Positions 1 through 10,241 of a stretch of DNA of 64,000 nucleotides are shown piece by piece. Made by a program: the position numbers and the translations under genes. The notes under the pieces are model-generated. The model ran no database searches, was not told where the DNA came from, and was given only the letters and a program-made list of their open reading frames with translations. This DNA comes from Epiperipatus broadwayi. Its lineage: Eukaryota; Animalia; Onychophora. Every line of letters starts with the position of its first letter. Within the stretch, counting starts at the first letter, position 1. The stretch covers positions 7,564,001-7,628,000 of the forward strand of contig JAQFVV010000009.1 in assembly GCA_028023455.1 (NCBI GenBank), given 5' to 3'.

Positions 1-397
1 AAAAAATTTTCCCTCATGGCTGGAAAAATTATAGTTGAACTCATTATAGAAATACATATGTTCTTAGGTTGTGTATTTTTATTATTTTTTTGTGAAAAAA
101 TTACATTCGCCATAATTCCATTACTGTGATTTTTTAAAAACCACATAAAACTGTCAAATAAAAATTGACTGCAAAAGTAAAGGCATGTCAATTTGAAGCT
201 ACTACCAATCATGATAACTTTACTTGCAACACAGTGGCAAAATCTTGCCCTAGTGGTTTAAAAGCTTTGTTGAGTTAGTTACAACAATGTAGTTGTAAAA
301 CTAAAAATTAAGAGTGGTAACTTGGATTAAAATCAAAAATAAGAGTGGTAATTTTGAATAAAATTAAAAATAATTACAAGTGGTACCTTGCATAAAT

Positions 398-1200
398 ATG
401 ACTAATGCAATTGTCTCTATGGAAGCTTTTGACCTGACTCAACCTGAGAACTGGTCAAATTATGAGATCCACTTGATTTTTTACTTACAGGTCCACTAGA
501 TTAAAAAACCTGAAGTAAAGTTAGCCATTCTAATGACCATTACAGGTCTGCAGCCATATAATATACTCAAGTCTCAATCTACGGCTGTAACTCCAGCAGA
601 ACTGGAATTTGACAGAGTGTTGACAATTCAGACAGGGTATTTCCCCCCTAAACCCTTGACAGTAATGCAGAGATACCATTTTAATATCAGCATGCAAGAA
701 CGGGGAAAACAACTAGAGAATTTGCAATGAGAATCTGAACATTAGCTTTGAAATGCAATTTCAAAGACTTCATGAATGAAACACTCCATGATCATTTGTA
801 ACATAAACTATCACAGTTTGAGGCAGAAAATATTGATGATTCTGGATCTAGATTTTGAGAGAGTGGTAGATCAGGCAGGACTAGCAGAGACTATAGCTAG
901 TCAAGCTACCCCATTAAAAGAATGAGTATGATGTGCAAAAAATTAAGCATAACACTAAGTCATCCAAATACTCAGTAAGGTCAGAGAACTCAGCATCATA
1001 TAGTCCAAGGCTTTGCTATAGATGCAATGAACAAATGCACAGACATATAGAACACCCATACCATGATGCAATATGCACATTTTGCAAGTGATTCAGACAT
1101 ATAAAGGTGGCAGGTCTGAAATTGAAAAGACAAATGGCTGATATGAGAATGGAAAAACCCTTTAAAAAAAACAGTAAAGGCAATCATAAGAAATCTAAAC
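398..1200 (+). pseudogene. gag: gag remnant
   Basis: ATG at 398 reads MTNAIVSMEAFDLTQPENWSNYEIHLIFYLQVH*IKKPEVKLAILMTITGLQPYNILKSQ, typical of the K02A2.6-type Gag N-terminus. Decayed zinc knuckles CYRCNE..H and CTFCK*..H at about 1015-1110. Confidence 0.8.
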
Positions 1201-1274
1201 AAGTTGCCAGTATCAAACATATCAAACATGACCAGTCTGGATTTTATGTTATAATTAATGATTAATCAATTAGG

Positions 1275-3800
1275 ATGGAACTTGACACATGGTCAGAAGT
1301 GTCTATAGTTTCAAGAAATACCTGGACAATCATTAATATCAAGGGAATAAAATCAAACTGTTGGGTCAAACAACAGGAAAAATTATTATGCCTAACAAAA
1401 CTATATCCTACCACTGGTAGTGGCATCAGGTAACCATAGTGATTTAATAGGTGGTGACTGGTTCAGACACTTAGGGTTCAAAGTGACCAAAGTGAACCAG
1501 CTCAACATTATCAAAGATAAAATTTGACTATTCAGAAGTTTTTAACAAAAATACAGGTCTGTTCATGGGGAAACCATGGTCCCACTAAAGGAGAGGTAAA
1601 ACCTATAAGTTATAAGTGCAGATCACTTCCACTAGCTTTGCATACTAAAGTACAAGCAGAGCTTGAAAAGTGGCTGACAGCTGGCATAATTGAGCCTATA
1701 TCTTATTCTGAGTGGATCATTCCTATAGTACCAGTAATAAAAGAGAATGGTGATATACATATATGTGGAAATTATCATTGTACAATCAACAAAGCACTTG
1801 ATCTAGATAATTATCCACCACCATCAATCAAACAAATCCTATCCACACTGTCAGCTGGTAGGGTCTTTTATCAAAGGGTTATTTAAAATGAACTGACTAC
1901 TCTTGGGTATATCAGTCACCATGGCTATTTTCCAGAGAATCATGGATCAACTGACTTCTGGAGTACCACAGGTGGACTACAATACTTTGATGATATATAG
2001 TAAGTGGCTTATAGGACCATCAAAGTACTCCTAGATAAATTCAAAGCCTCTGGCATTAAAATAAACTGGGAGAAGTGCATATGTGAAGCCAAAGAGCTCG
2101 AATTTCTGGGATATAAAATAAATGCTAGTGGCATTTACCCAACTAAAAAAATGTTGGCAATAAAGAAGGCCAAAATCACAGAAAATAAGAAAGCTAGGAC
2201 TGATAAACTTTATGAAGGTTTCTTATACCATAATATGGAGACTGCTGAACCACTATACAGGCTACTAGACAAAAAAGCACTTGCTGAAGAATTTAATATC
2301 ACATACTGCAGTGCCGGAACTGCAGTGCTGGAATATTTCAACTCAGAAAAGGTGCTAGTGATTACTTGTAATGCATCACATGTAGGATTGGGGGCAGTGT
2401 TGTTCCATAAGAATAATGATGGAACACACAGTCTTATTACTTTTGCATCAAAGTGACTCTCTAGATCTGAGAAAAACTATGCTCAAATAGAGAAGCCCTG
2501 GCTTTGATCAATAGCATCAAGAAGTACCATGACTACCTATATGGTAGACCATTTATACTTCAAACAGATCATAAACTCCTCATGGGGATCATTGCATCTG
2601 ATAAGGAAATCTCATAGCATACCTCACCACAAATGCTGCAGTAATTCAATTTCCTATCAGTCTATGATTTTACCCTTCAATATGTTGAGGGAAAGCATAT
2701 CCCTCACATAGATGCATTAAGCCAACTGCTTCAGATGTCATAGACAGTCCAACATCATCATGCCAATAAATTAACATGACTGATCTAGATGTAACCATGC
2801 TCTGAACAGCAAGTCAGTGGCAGGGTGGACTAACAATGATCCAGGATTCCAAAAGCTACAAAAATGGGTCCAACAAAGTTGGCCTAATAAAAAAACAGTT
2901 GAGTTACACTCAGCCTACTGGATGCATTGATTGGATCTCTCAAGTGAACATAGTTACATTATCTGGGGATCCAGAAATGTAATTCTCACAGCCAGACATT
3001 ACCAGGTACTCAGTTTGTTGCATTATCTGCATCCAGGAATAGTCCAGATGAAGATGATGGTAAGATCATACTTGTGGTGGCTTACCTTAAATGCTGACAT
3101 TGAAGCCAAGATCCACCTCTGTTGGCAGTGCAAGATGAATTGGAACATGTCAGTAAAAGACTCCAGTGGCCCAAACCTGAAGGGAACTGGTCTATGCTGC
3201 TCCATGGAAAGGAAAACTGCTGTTGATAGTGGTGGTTTCATTCTTCAAGTGGCTGGAGGTTGTGGAGGTAGTACCTCTCCACTCCGCAGCCATGATAGAA
3301 ACTCTGAGAAGGCAATTTTCCACACATGGTCTTCCTAAAGCACTAGTAACTGACAATGGCACAGCTTTTCAGGTGGCGCATTCCAAGCCTTCTTCACTAA
3401 TAACAACATCAAGCTTGTGAACAGCTCTCCATTACATCTGAAAGTAATGGTCAGGTGGAAAAAATGGTAGAAGAAGCTAAGAAGCTGATAACAAAAATGG
3501 ATATGGGAAGTTGAAACACCAGAATTGCCATGACTCTGCTAGTGCAGTAGTCCACACTGAGCATTGCAATGGGGAAGATTCCAGCTGAATTGTTATTCAA
3601 CAGACCCTTAAGAATAATCCTATCAACCTTGAAGCCTGATAACTAACTTGAACAAGAAGAGAAAACTAAAATAAAACTTCAAATAGGTATACAATTACTA
3701 AATCATATGTACTATGAGGTCCACAAATTGGATACCAGCAGTGGTGACTCAACTAAAGGATCTCTATACTGTCATTGTGCAAACAGAAGTTGGTCATTAA
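1275..3800 (+). pseudogene. pol: pol remnant (protease, RT, RNase H, integrase)
   Basis: Protease MELDTWSEVSIVS at 1275. RT GIIEPISYSEWIIPIVPVIKENGDIHICGNY and LEFLGYKI. RNase H ITCNASHVGLGAVLFH. Integrase HHCC LHYLHPGI...CWQC and core STHGLPKALVTDNGTAF. Spread over several frames. Confidence 0.93.
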
Positions 3801-4033
3801 CATCATTGCCATCTCAACCAGCTAAGACTCATCCACCTAACAGTAACTGACAAAAGCAGTAACAAATCTGGGATGAGTACATCAAGCAGGAAAGATGAAC
3901 ATCAAAATCAAGGTGGCAGAAAACATCCAGGAACAACTTCATCAAGTGAACAACTCAAGGACAGTGATGAATGGTCATCCTGTGCATCTTGATGATTACA
4001 TTTTCTGGGGATAATTTTAGCCAGGGGGAGGGA

Positions 4034-4641
4034 TGTCATATCTGACCTTGCTTTTAGAAGTGGACTATTTCCAGTTTCCTTGCCTGATTGGCTAGCACCC
4101 GGTCACTATAATGGGGATATATCCTTTGTCAGAGTTTGCACACATAATCCAAATGTTTACAGTAAGGTAGGGGATCTGCCATTAAATAGTCAGCCTTTTT
4201 GGAGGCAAGGCAATTACTTCTGCTAACCTGAACAACTGAACATGCTCTTCAAAAAACCATCTGTCATCAGCAAAGATATTTTTTTCTAGTCATTATCATG
4301 ACATCCATGCTGTGAGGCAGGTCCACCTAAGGATTGGAAACTCTTACATCTGCAGCCAACTTGATGCAAGCTGTCCTGCACACCCGGAGCCAACTCAAGA
4401 CAAGCTGTACTGCATAGCTGGAAGAGTCATACTTGTATTGGCAAAGCAGGCTATTTATATAGCTGGGAGTTCCCTTACTCAGCATGACTATCTCAGCATT
4501 GAATTGTATAGGCCATATTTATATATTTTATTAACTAAAATGTGTGTATATTTTTGTCACTAATAAATTATACATATTAATTAGTGTCATCATTTGTCTG
4601 TTGGTTTGGAACCGAACCTGTAAATTTAGCCAAATACAACA
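4034..4641 (+). repeat. 3' LTR of the Gypsy element, preceded by a PPT (4023-4033)
   Basis: AGGGGGAGGGA is immediately followed by TGTCATAT and the segment ends ...AATACAACA. AATAAA at about 4562. Confidence 0.8.
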
Positions 4642-4967
4642 GTATCTTTAAAAGTTGTACCAGTAAGTATAATAATTAAACTAACTAACATCAGCATTAG
4701 CTACTTGAAAACAAACATGGCCATTCCAATTCAAAATAATAATAAAAAATGGATAAACAAAAATAATTAATAGTAGTACACTAGAAATGAGTTTTGTGGT
4801 GATTATACAAAACAATCAACTACAAATATGTCATATATAAAAAATATTATTTTTTATATTATTTGATCTTTTGTGATACTATCTTTTAACTTCTAAAGCA
4901 AACTTTTCTATCTGAAAGATCATAATATCTTGTTTAATTATAACTTGCCTTTCTATTGTATTATTAG

Positions 4968-5384
4968 TAAATAATATTTTATAAAGCGCAGATGGTATTG
5001 AAAATTAAATTGAGAGAGTGCAAATTTCTCAAGCGCTTGTGACTATTAGTAACCAATCAAATCTTAAGCACTGGGACAGGGAATTTAATAAGAAAAGAGT
5101 GGATTCCACTCTCTTCTTTACTTGTCTCTCTATATATCCAAGCCAGTCCAAAATACTTATATCTGAGAGTGTGAATCTTAAATATCATCACACTTAATTG
5201 ACTGAGTTCAAATTATAAACATACAGCGTGAAATCTTTCGATTTACTATGCAGTAGATTTTCGATGTTATAACTTTGCAGCAATATATGTAAATAATATT
5301 TTATAAAGCGCAGACGGTATTGAAAATAAAATTGAGAGAGTGCAAATTTCTCAAGCGCTTGTAACTATTAGTAACCTCAATTTA
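4968..5384. mobile_element. Small terminally redundant insertion: two 88-bp direct repeats (4967-5054, 5289-5376) flanked by a 13-bp duplication
   Basis: The 88-bp repeats are near identical. ATTGTATTATTAG lies at 4955-4967 and 5385-5397. Internal hairpin AGAGTGGA-T-TCCACTCT. Confidence 0.65.
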
Positions 5385-5769
5385 ATTGTATTATTAGCCA
5401 TATCTTCCTAATGAAAACAATAAAGATTGCACTTCTTTAGAATGTCTGAAATAATTTTTAAATGTAAACAGGAGGATCTGTCTTTCCCATGGAAATCATC
5501 CTCGAGTTTACCTTAAAATATATTTTAGAAAATTTGTTACTATTTAGTCATTTTATATAATATAAATACAATCCAATGAAAAAATATACTATATGTAGCA
5601 AGCAAAAACAAAAAATTTAATCTCACTTCCATAAATGAATTAGATAAATATTTAGTTTTCAGTAATTATGTCAATGTGATGAAATACCCTATATTTTAAC
5701 TTATATTTTCAAATTGATAACCATTCAAGATAAAGATTGCTGAAGATTTTTTTTTATCACTGGCTTATA

Positions 5770-6290
5770 AAGACTTGAGTTTTGTAAACAATAATTATGA
5801 AAGTCTTTATTTATTAGTATTGAAATATAAAATATATTTTGTAGATTTTCTTTTGAATTGATAGGATAATATAATTAGCATAATGTAAATCCAGAAACCC
5901 AGAAAATATTATTTTTACTTTTAATTGATTCAAATTAAAAAAAATTGCATCATTAAATCTGAATTCCATCTTGATCTCTGATTCATGAAGCCACTTATAA
6001 AAAGTTTTAACACCTATGGTGATCAAGGTCAAAAACAAAGTTAGAACTAATACACATTAACACCAGTTTTAATTTCAAATGTCTCAGATTTTATACCTAT
6101 AGTAATAACACTATCTTTTATTCTATCATGTAAAAGCTATATTATGTGAATAAATTTTGCTGGGCAACTGTTAATTTCAAACAATATTGCAGGCTTGCTT
6201 AATTGAGTCAAATGCCTTGACCAAATCAATAAAAGTAACATATGCAAATAATTTCATAAATCATTTTGCTACATAATAATAATGATCATA
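5770..6290 (-). mobile_element. RTE (BovB-like) LINE RT fragment
   Basis: Minus strand reads FIDLVKAFDS (about 6205-6234), CPAKFIHII, TGV..CVLVLTLF and EFRFNDAIFFNLNQLK, which resembles the RTE motif RFRTDGxLFNLRRL. Confidence 0.75.
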
Positions 6291-6660
6291 TATGAAGAAA
6301 AAAAAAATCACATTATATATTAAATATTATTTATTTAAATTTTTAATTTAAAATTATTATAATATGAGATGCACTCAGCCTATGTAAAGGCTGTCTTTTT
6401 TTAATAGGTTGCTTAAAATTTTTTTTTTAAGATTTAATGTAAATTAAACAAAAGATTTTAATATTATAGAAATAAATGTGAGAAATGGAGCCAGCCTGAA
6501 AGGCCACCATTTTGTAATAATTTTTTTAATTGGTTGTTTTAACAATTTTTTTTTTTTTTTGCTTTGCAGAATTACTTATTTTGAATAAAATGCTCATAAT
6601 CAAATTAAGCCTCTAAACTAAAATTAAAAATTTGAAATATACTTTATGTTATATTTGATA

Positions 6661-7075
6661 TATGAATTTGACAGCACTATGGACAACTATTAATGACCAA
6701 ATTAGCATGAACTATGCTATATAAAATTGCACAACTTCAACTATATATTAACTAAAACTAAATGTTAATACAGTATTAAGGCATCTATTTTTCCCTCACT
6801 AAATATCACATTTCAAACATGAATTTATGTACTGTAATCACATTTTCTTTGTCATTTAAATACTATATCTATTCAGTTCTGTACTGGATTTTTTCTGAGC
6901 ATTTTTTATTAATGACAGAACTACTTCCTTCACATAAAATATGCTTCATAATAAAAATTATGGATTATTAAGTAAAAAGAATGGAATTACTTCCTTTGCA
7001 TAAAATGCTTGTAATATAAATTACAATTTAGTTAGGAGTTATTTATTAATTTTTTCCAATGCTGTCAAATTCATA
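6661..7075. mobile_element. MITE-like element with 16-bp terminal inverted repeats
   Basis: TATGAATTTGACAGCA (6661-6676) and its exact reverse complement (7060-7075). Non-coding interior with an imperfect internal direct repeat of about 42 bp. Confidence 0.55.
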
Positions 7076-8189
7076 GTTTTTATAATTTGTTAAAGCAGCC
7101 AAAGTAAGTTAAAGTAACCAGTTAAATGGTATTGTGAACAAACATTCATTCAGACAACAGACAAAATAGGGATTTTATATAATAGATGTATTTTGAAATA
7201 TGTTATAGTGTAGTTAATAAAAGATTTCTAAAATATATAAAATTATGAATTAATTTTATGTCTATTTGTCTGAATTGAATTCATTTTATTAAATATTTTT
7301 TAAAGAGTCTTGAGTATGAAATAATAATGCTACATTGAAAGACAGTTAAATGTAACTTTTTGGGTGTTTGTATTCTTGCATGAATCAAGGCCAAATAGAT
7401 AAAAACTAGTTATAATAATTTGCAATTATCTACTGCATTCTGATTAAGATATTTTAAATGTTATGAGATTGAATGCTGAAAAATTGACTTATTGCTAAAC
7501 CACTTTCAAGTTTGTTTGCTTTTGCATTGATAAAAAAAATCAGCAATGCATTTAAAGAATGAATATTGGAGAGCTTATTGAACCAATCTGTCCAGATGAT
7601 GAATTTAATAAGTGGTTTGCTAAAAATATATAGCACATGTAATCACTCTATCTAAATTTTATATTCTTATTAAACATATATATATATAAGATATAATGTG
7701 AATTTAGTTTTAAACTAGGATATGTTGAGAATATAAGGAGCTGTATGATGATAATGATATATATAGATGAAAAAAAAATTGATTTATATAAACAAAATTT
7801 AATAGCTAAATAGCATTAAGCTGTTGCACATGCGCTTTGCAGATTTTTAACTATAAATGACTGAATACAAACACTTCAAACACATGATAAAGTCTTTGGG
7901 AAAAGATAGAATGGCCATTACAGTTTATAAAACTTCGCGCTATATAAAATAATTGATTTATAAACAAAATTTATGCAAAGTATGCATAAAATTTTATAAA
8001 AAAAAATAAAAAAAACTCCAAAATTTTATGTTTATTATTATTAGCAGTCACTTATATAACCATTATAATTCCAGAAAAAAAAAAAAAAAGTTGAAGATGA
8101 ATTTTGCAATAATAAAACACAATTCATCAAAAAAAAAAAACATATCCATATTGAAGCGATAAAGTCTGTGATACATATTTTGCTTTACT

Positions 8190-8280
8190 GTCTGGTGGCA
8201 TCAGTAACCTGAAGGTCAGGTTCGAACCCACCTTTGTACTCGTTCGGTCAACAGGGATGGTAAGAACACAGCAGTATTCC
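8190..8280 (+). mobile_element. tRNA-related SINE-like fragment with a Pol III B box
   Basis: GGTTCGAACCC (B-box consensus) in a GC-elevated patch. No complete cloverleaf. Confidence 0.35.
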
Positions 8281-8589
8281 CCTTTATAAGTTTTAAACAG
8301 TTAGATAATATTGATTTAATTATATTTGAATTCAGAAATTTTAAAATTTCCATCACCATCAGATGCATAAAATGAAGTGAATACATATAATAATATCTAG
8401 CAGCCTTATTAAGTTATTAATTTTGTATATTATTCATTTATTTATATAATCTGTGTAGTATTTATAATGCTAATGCAATACTAGAGAAGGTTCTGGAGAG
8501 TAATTAACATAACTCTAGATTTAAGAAACAAACAAACGTACCTAAGTTATTAATTCTGTATATTATTCATTTATTTATATAATCTAGAT

Positions 8590-10050
8590 ATTATTTATTT
8601 ATTTATTTTAAAGTTTATAATAAAAACTTTATTAATATTTACAATTTATACAAGTAGTTAAACAAATGATAAACAAAACCCAGAGAATTTGAAATATTCC
8701 ACTATTAAGACAAAAAGGCTCTAGGCCATTAAACAATTAACTCCAATTCAAGGAGGTTGACCTGTAACAATGTAATAGAAGGAGACTCTTAAGACATCAA
8801 GCAAATGCAACTCAAACGGGTGAAGCATGTAACAAAATGTTTGATTAGCCTAAGGAATAAGCCACCCAGTAGAATTCCATTTTTTACTCAAAACAAATGT
8901 TTATCTGATAATCTCACATAGAGTTATTCGAGGGCCATCCCAGATTCAAATCATCATCTTTCTTGGCAAGTATCTGACATTGATTGAAATAGGTTTCCCA
9001 ATCACTATAGAGTTTTCTCACCCAATTGAATTTCTTGCTATCGAATATCATAATATATCTTATATACCATATTGTCTTAAGGGTATTCACAGTTACCATT
9101 GCATTATGGGGGTTAAATTTTTCAAAGTATTGACTATAATAGAAGTTTTAAGTTGATGATTGGTCTGTGGAACACTCTAGCTCTTATCTGTCCAAATGCC
9201 GAACATTCTTTGAATAGATGCTGGAAAGTTTCTTCATCAGATCTGCATAGTAAACAGATAGGATCCAAGTCCATACATAGTCTTTCATTTAGAACCTTAG
9301 TTGCTGGAAAATTTGTTTTCAAATTGATGAATGACTTGCTTCCAACAACTAAGGTTCTAAATGAAAGGCTACCTATAAACTTGGAACCAACCTGTTTACT
9401 ATGCAAATCTGGTGAAAGTAGGATTGGGGTGCATATATAGAATGGAACTTTTTCAAAACATTTTTTAATATATCTAACTGCATTGTCATGACTTTTAAAA
9501 TGATTCATTAAGTCTTTATATTTAATACCCTCCAAACTGAGCACCATCATATCACCCTGGAGATCCTATAAGCAATGAACAGGTTGGTTATAAAAGATCT
9601 TTCCTTACATATAATTTCATTAAAGAAGCTAGCATGATCAACAAAAGGCCCAAGAAATTGACTTTTAAATAAGTTAATAAATGTACTTGCCTTGATATAA
9701 GATACATATAGCCCTGGATCAATCAGGCCAAGACCTCCATTTTCTATTGGCATTTTCAAGGTTGAAATTGGGATCCATCTTGAAGCTCTACCCCAGACAT
9801 ATTTTTTTTGCAATCTGGTTTATTCTGAGTATTGTTTTGTTATATAGCGATACCCAGGGTGCATAGTATGCCAAAATTGAAACAATGGAATTAAAAATTG
9901 GCGCTCTTGTAATTTCATATAATTTAAGTGAAGAAAATTTACTTATTTTATCCTCAATTTTTGTAATAATTAAGTTTATTTAAATAAGAGTTCATCTTTG
10001 TCTTGGACATATATAATGGTATACCTAAGAAAGCAGATGGGAGAGCCATA
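8590..10050 (-). mobile_element. 5'-truncated L1/Tx1-like LINE (3' part of ORF2 and 3' UTR)
   Basis: Minus strand reads AFLGIPLY, LKMPIENGGLGLIDP, the zf-RVT-like PICLLCRSDEETFQHLFKEC and IWYIRYIMIF. (TAAA)n tail at about 8590-8607. Confidence 0.85.
9233..9416. repeat. Imperfect inverted duplication inside the LINE (77-bp arms, 30-nt loop)
   Basis: Arms 9233-9309 and 9340-9416 match at 66/77 nt. Both strands encode a P.TKVLNERL...CLLC motif. Confidence 0.92.
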
Positions 10051-10241
10051 AAGTTAGATGAAATTATTTATAATGCTGATGCAATATTAGAGAAGGTTCT
10101 GGAGAGTAATTAGCATAACTCTAGATTTAAGAAACAAAGGAATGTATCTTATTTAATTTAAAATGTCATTACTAAATTAGTTGTTTTTAGCAGTCCTCAA
10201 ATTAATGGAAATTATATCTGTTGAACCTATTTCTAATACAG

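Larger units (their letters stand above)
398..4641 (+). mobile_element. Decayed Ty3/Gypsy LTR retrotransposon (K02A2.6-like group): gag-pol remnants, PPT and 3' LTR; no matching 5' LTR in window
   Basis: Domain order is gag, protease, RT, RNase H, integrase (Gypsy order), followed by a polypurine tract and a TG...CA-bounded 608-bp LTR. Many stops and frameshifts. Confidence 0.93.
8410..10138. repeat. 133-bp tandem duplication whose second unit is split by a LINE insertion
   Basis: A (8410-8452) matches A' (8543-8585) with 1 mismatch. B (8459-8532) matches B' (10065-10138) with 3 mismatches. The LINE lies between A' and B'. Confidence 0.8.

Noticed and set aside
5160-5270. Hammerhead within the terminally redundant element
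   Set aside because: Only CTGAGAG and CTGAGTT are present. There is no CTGANGA with a matching stem II and GAAA.
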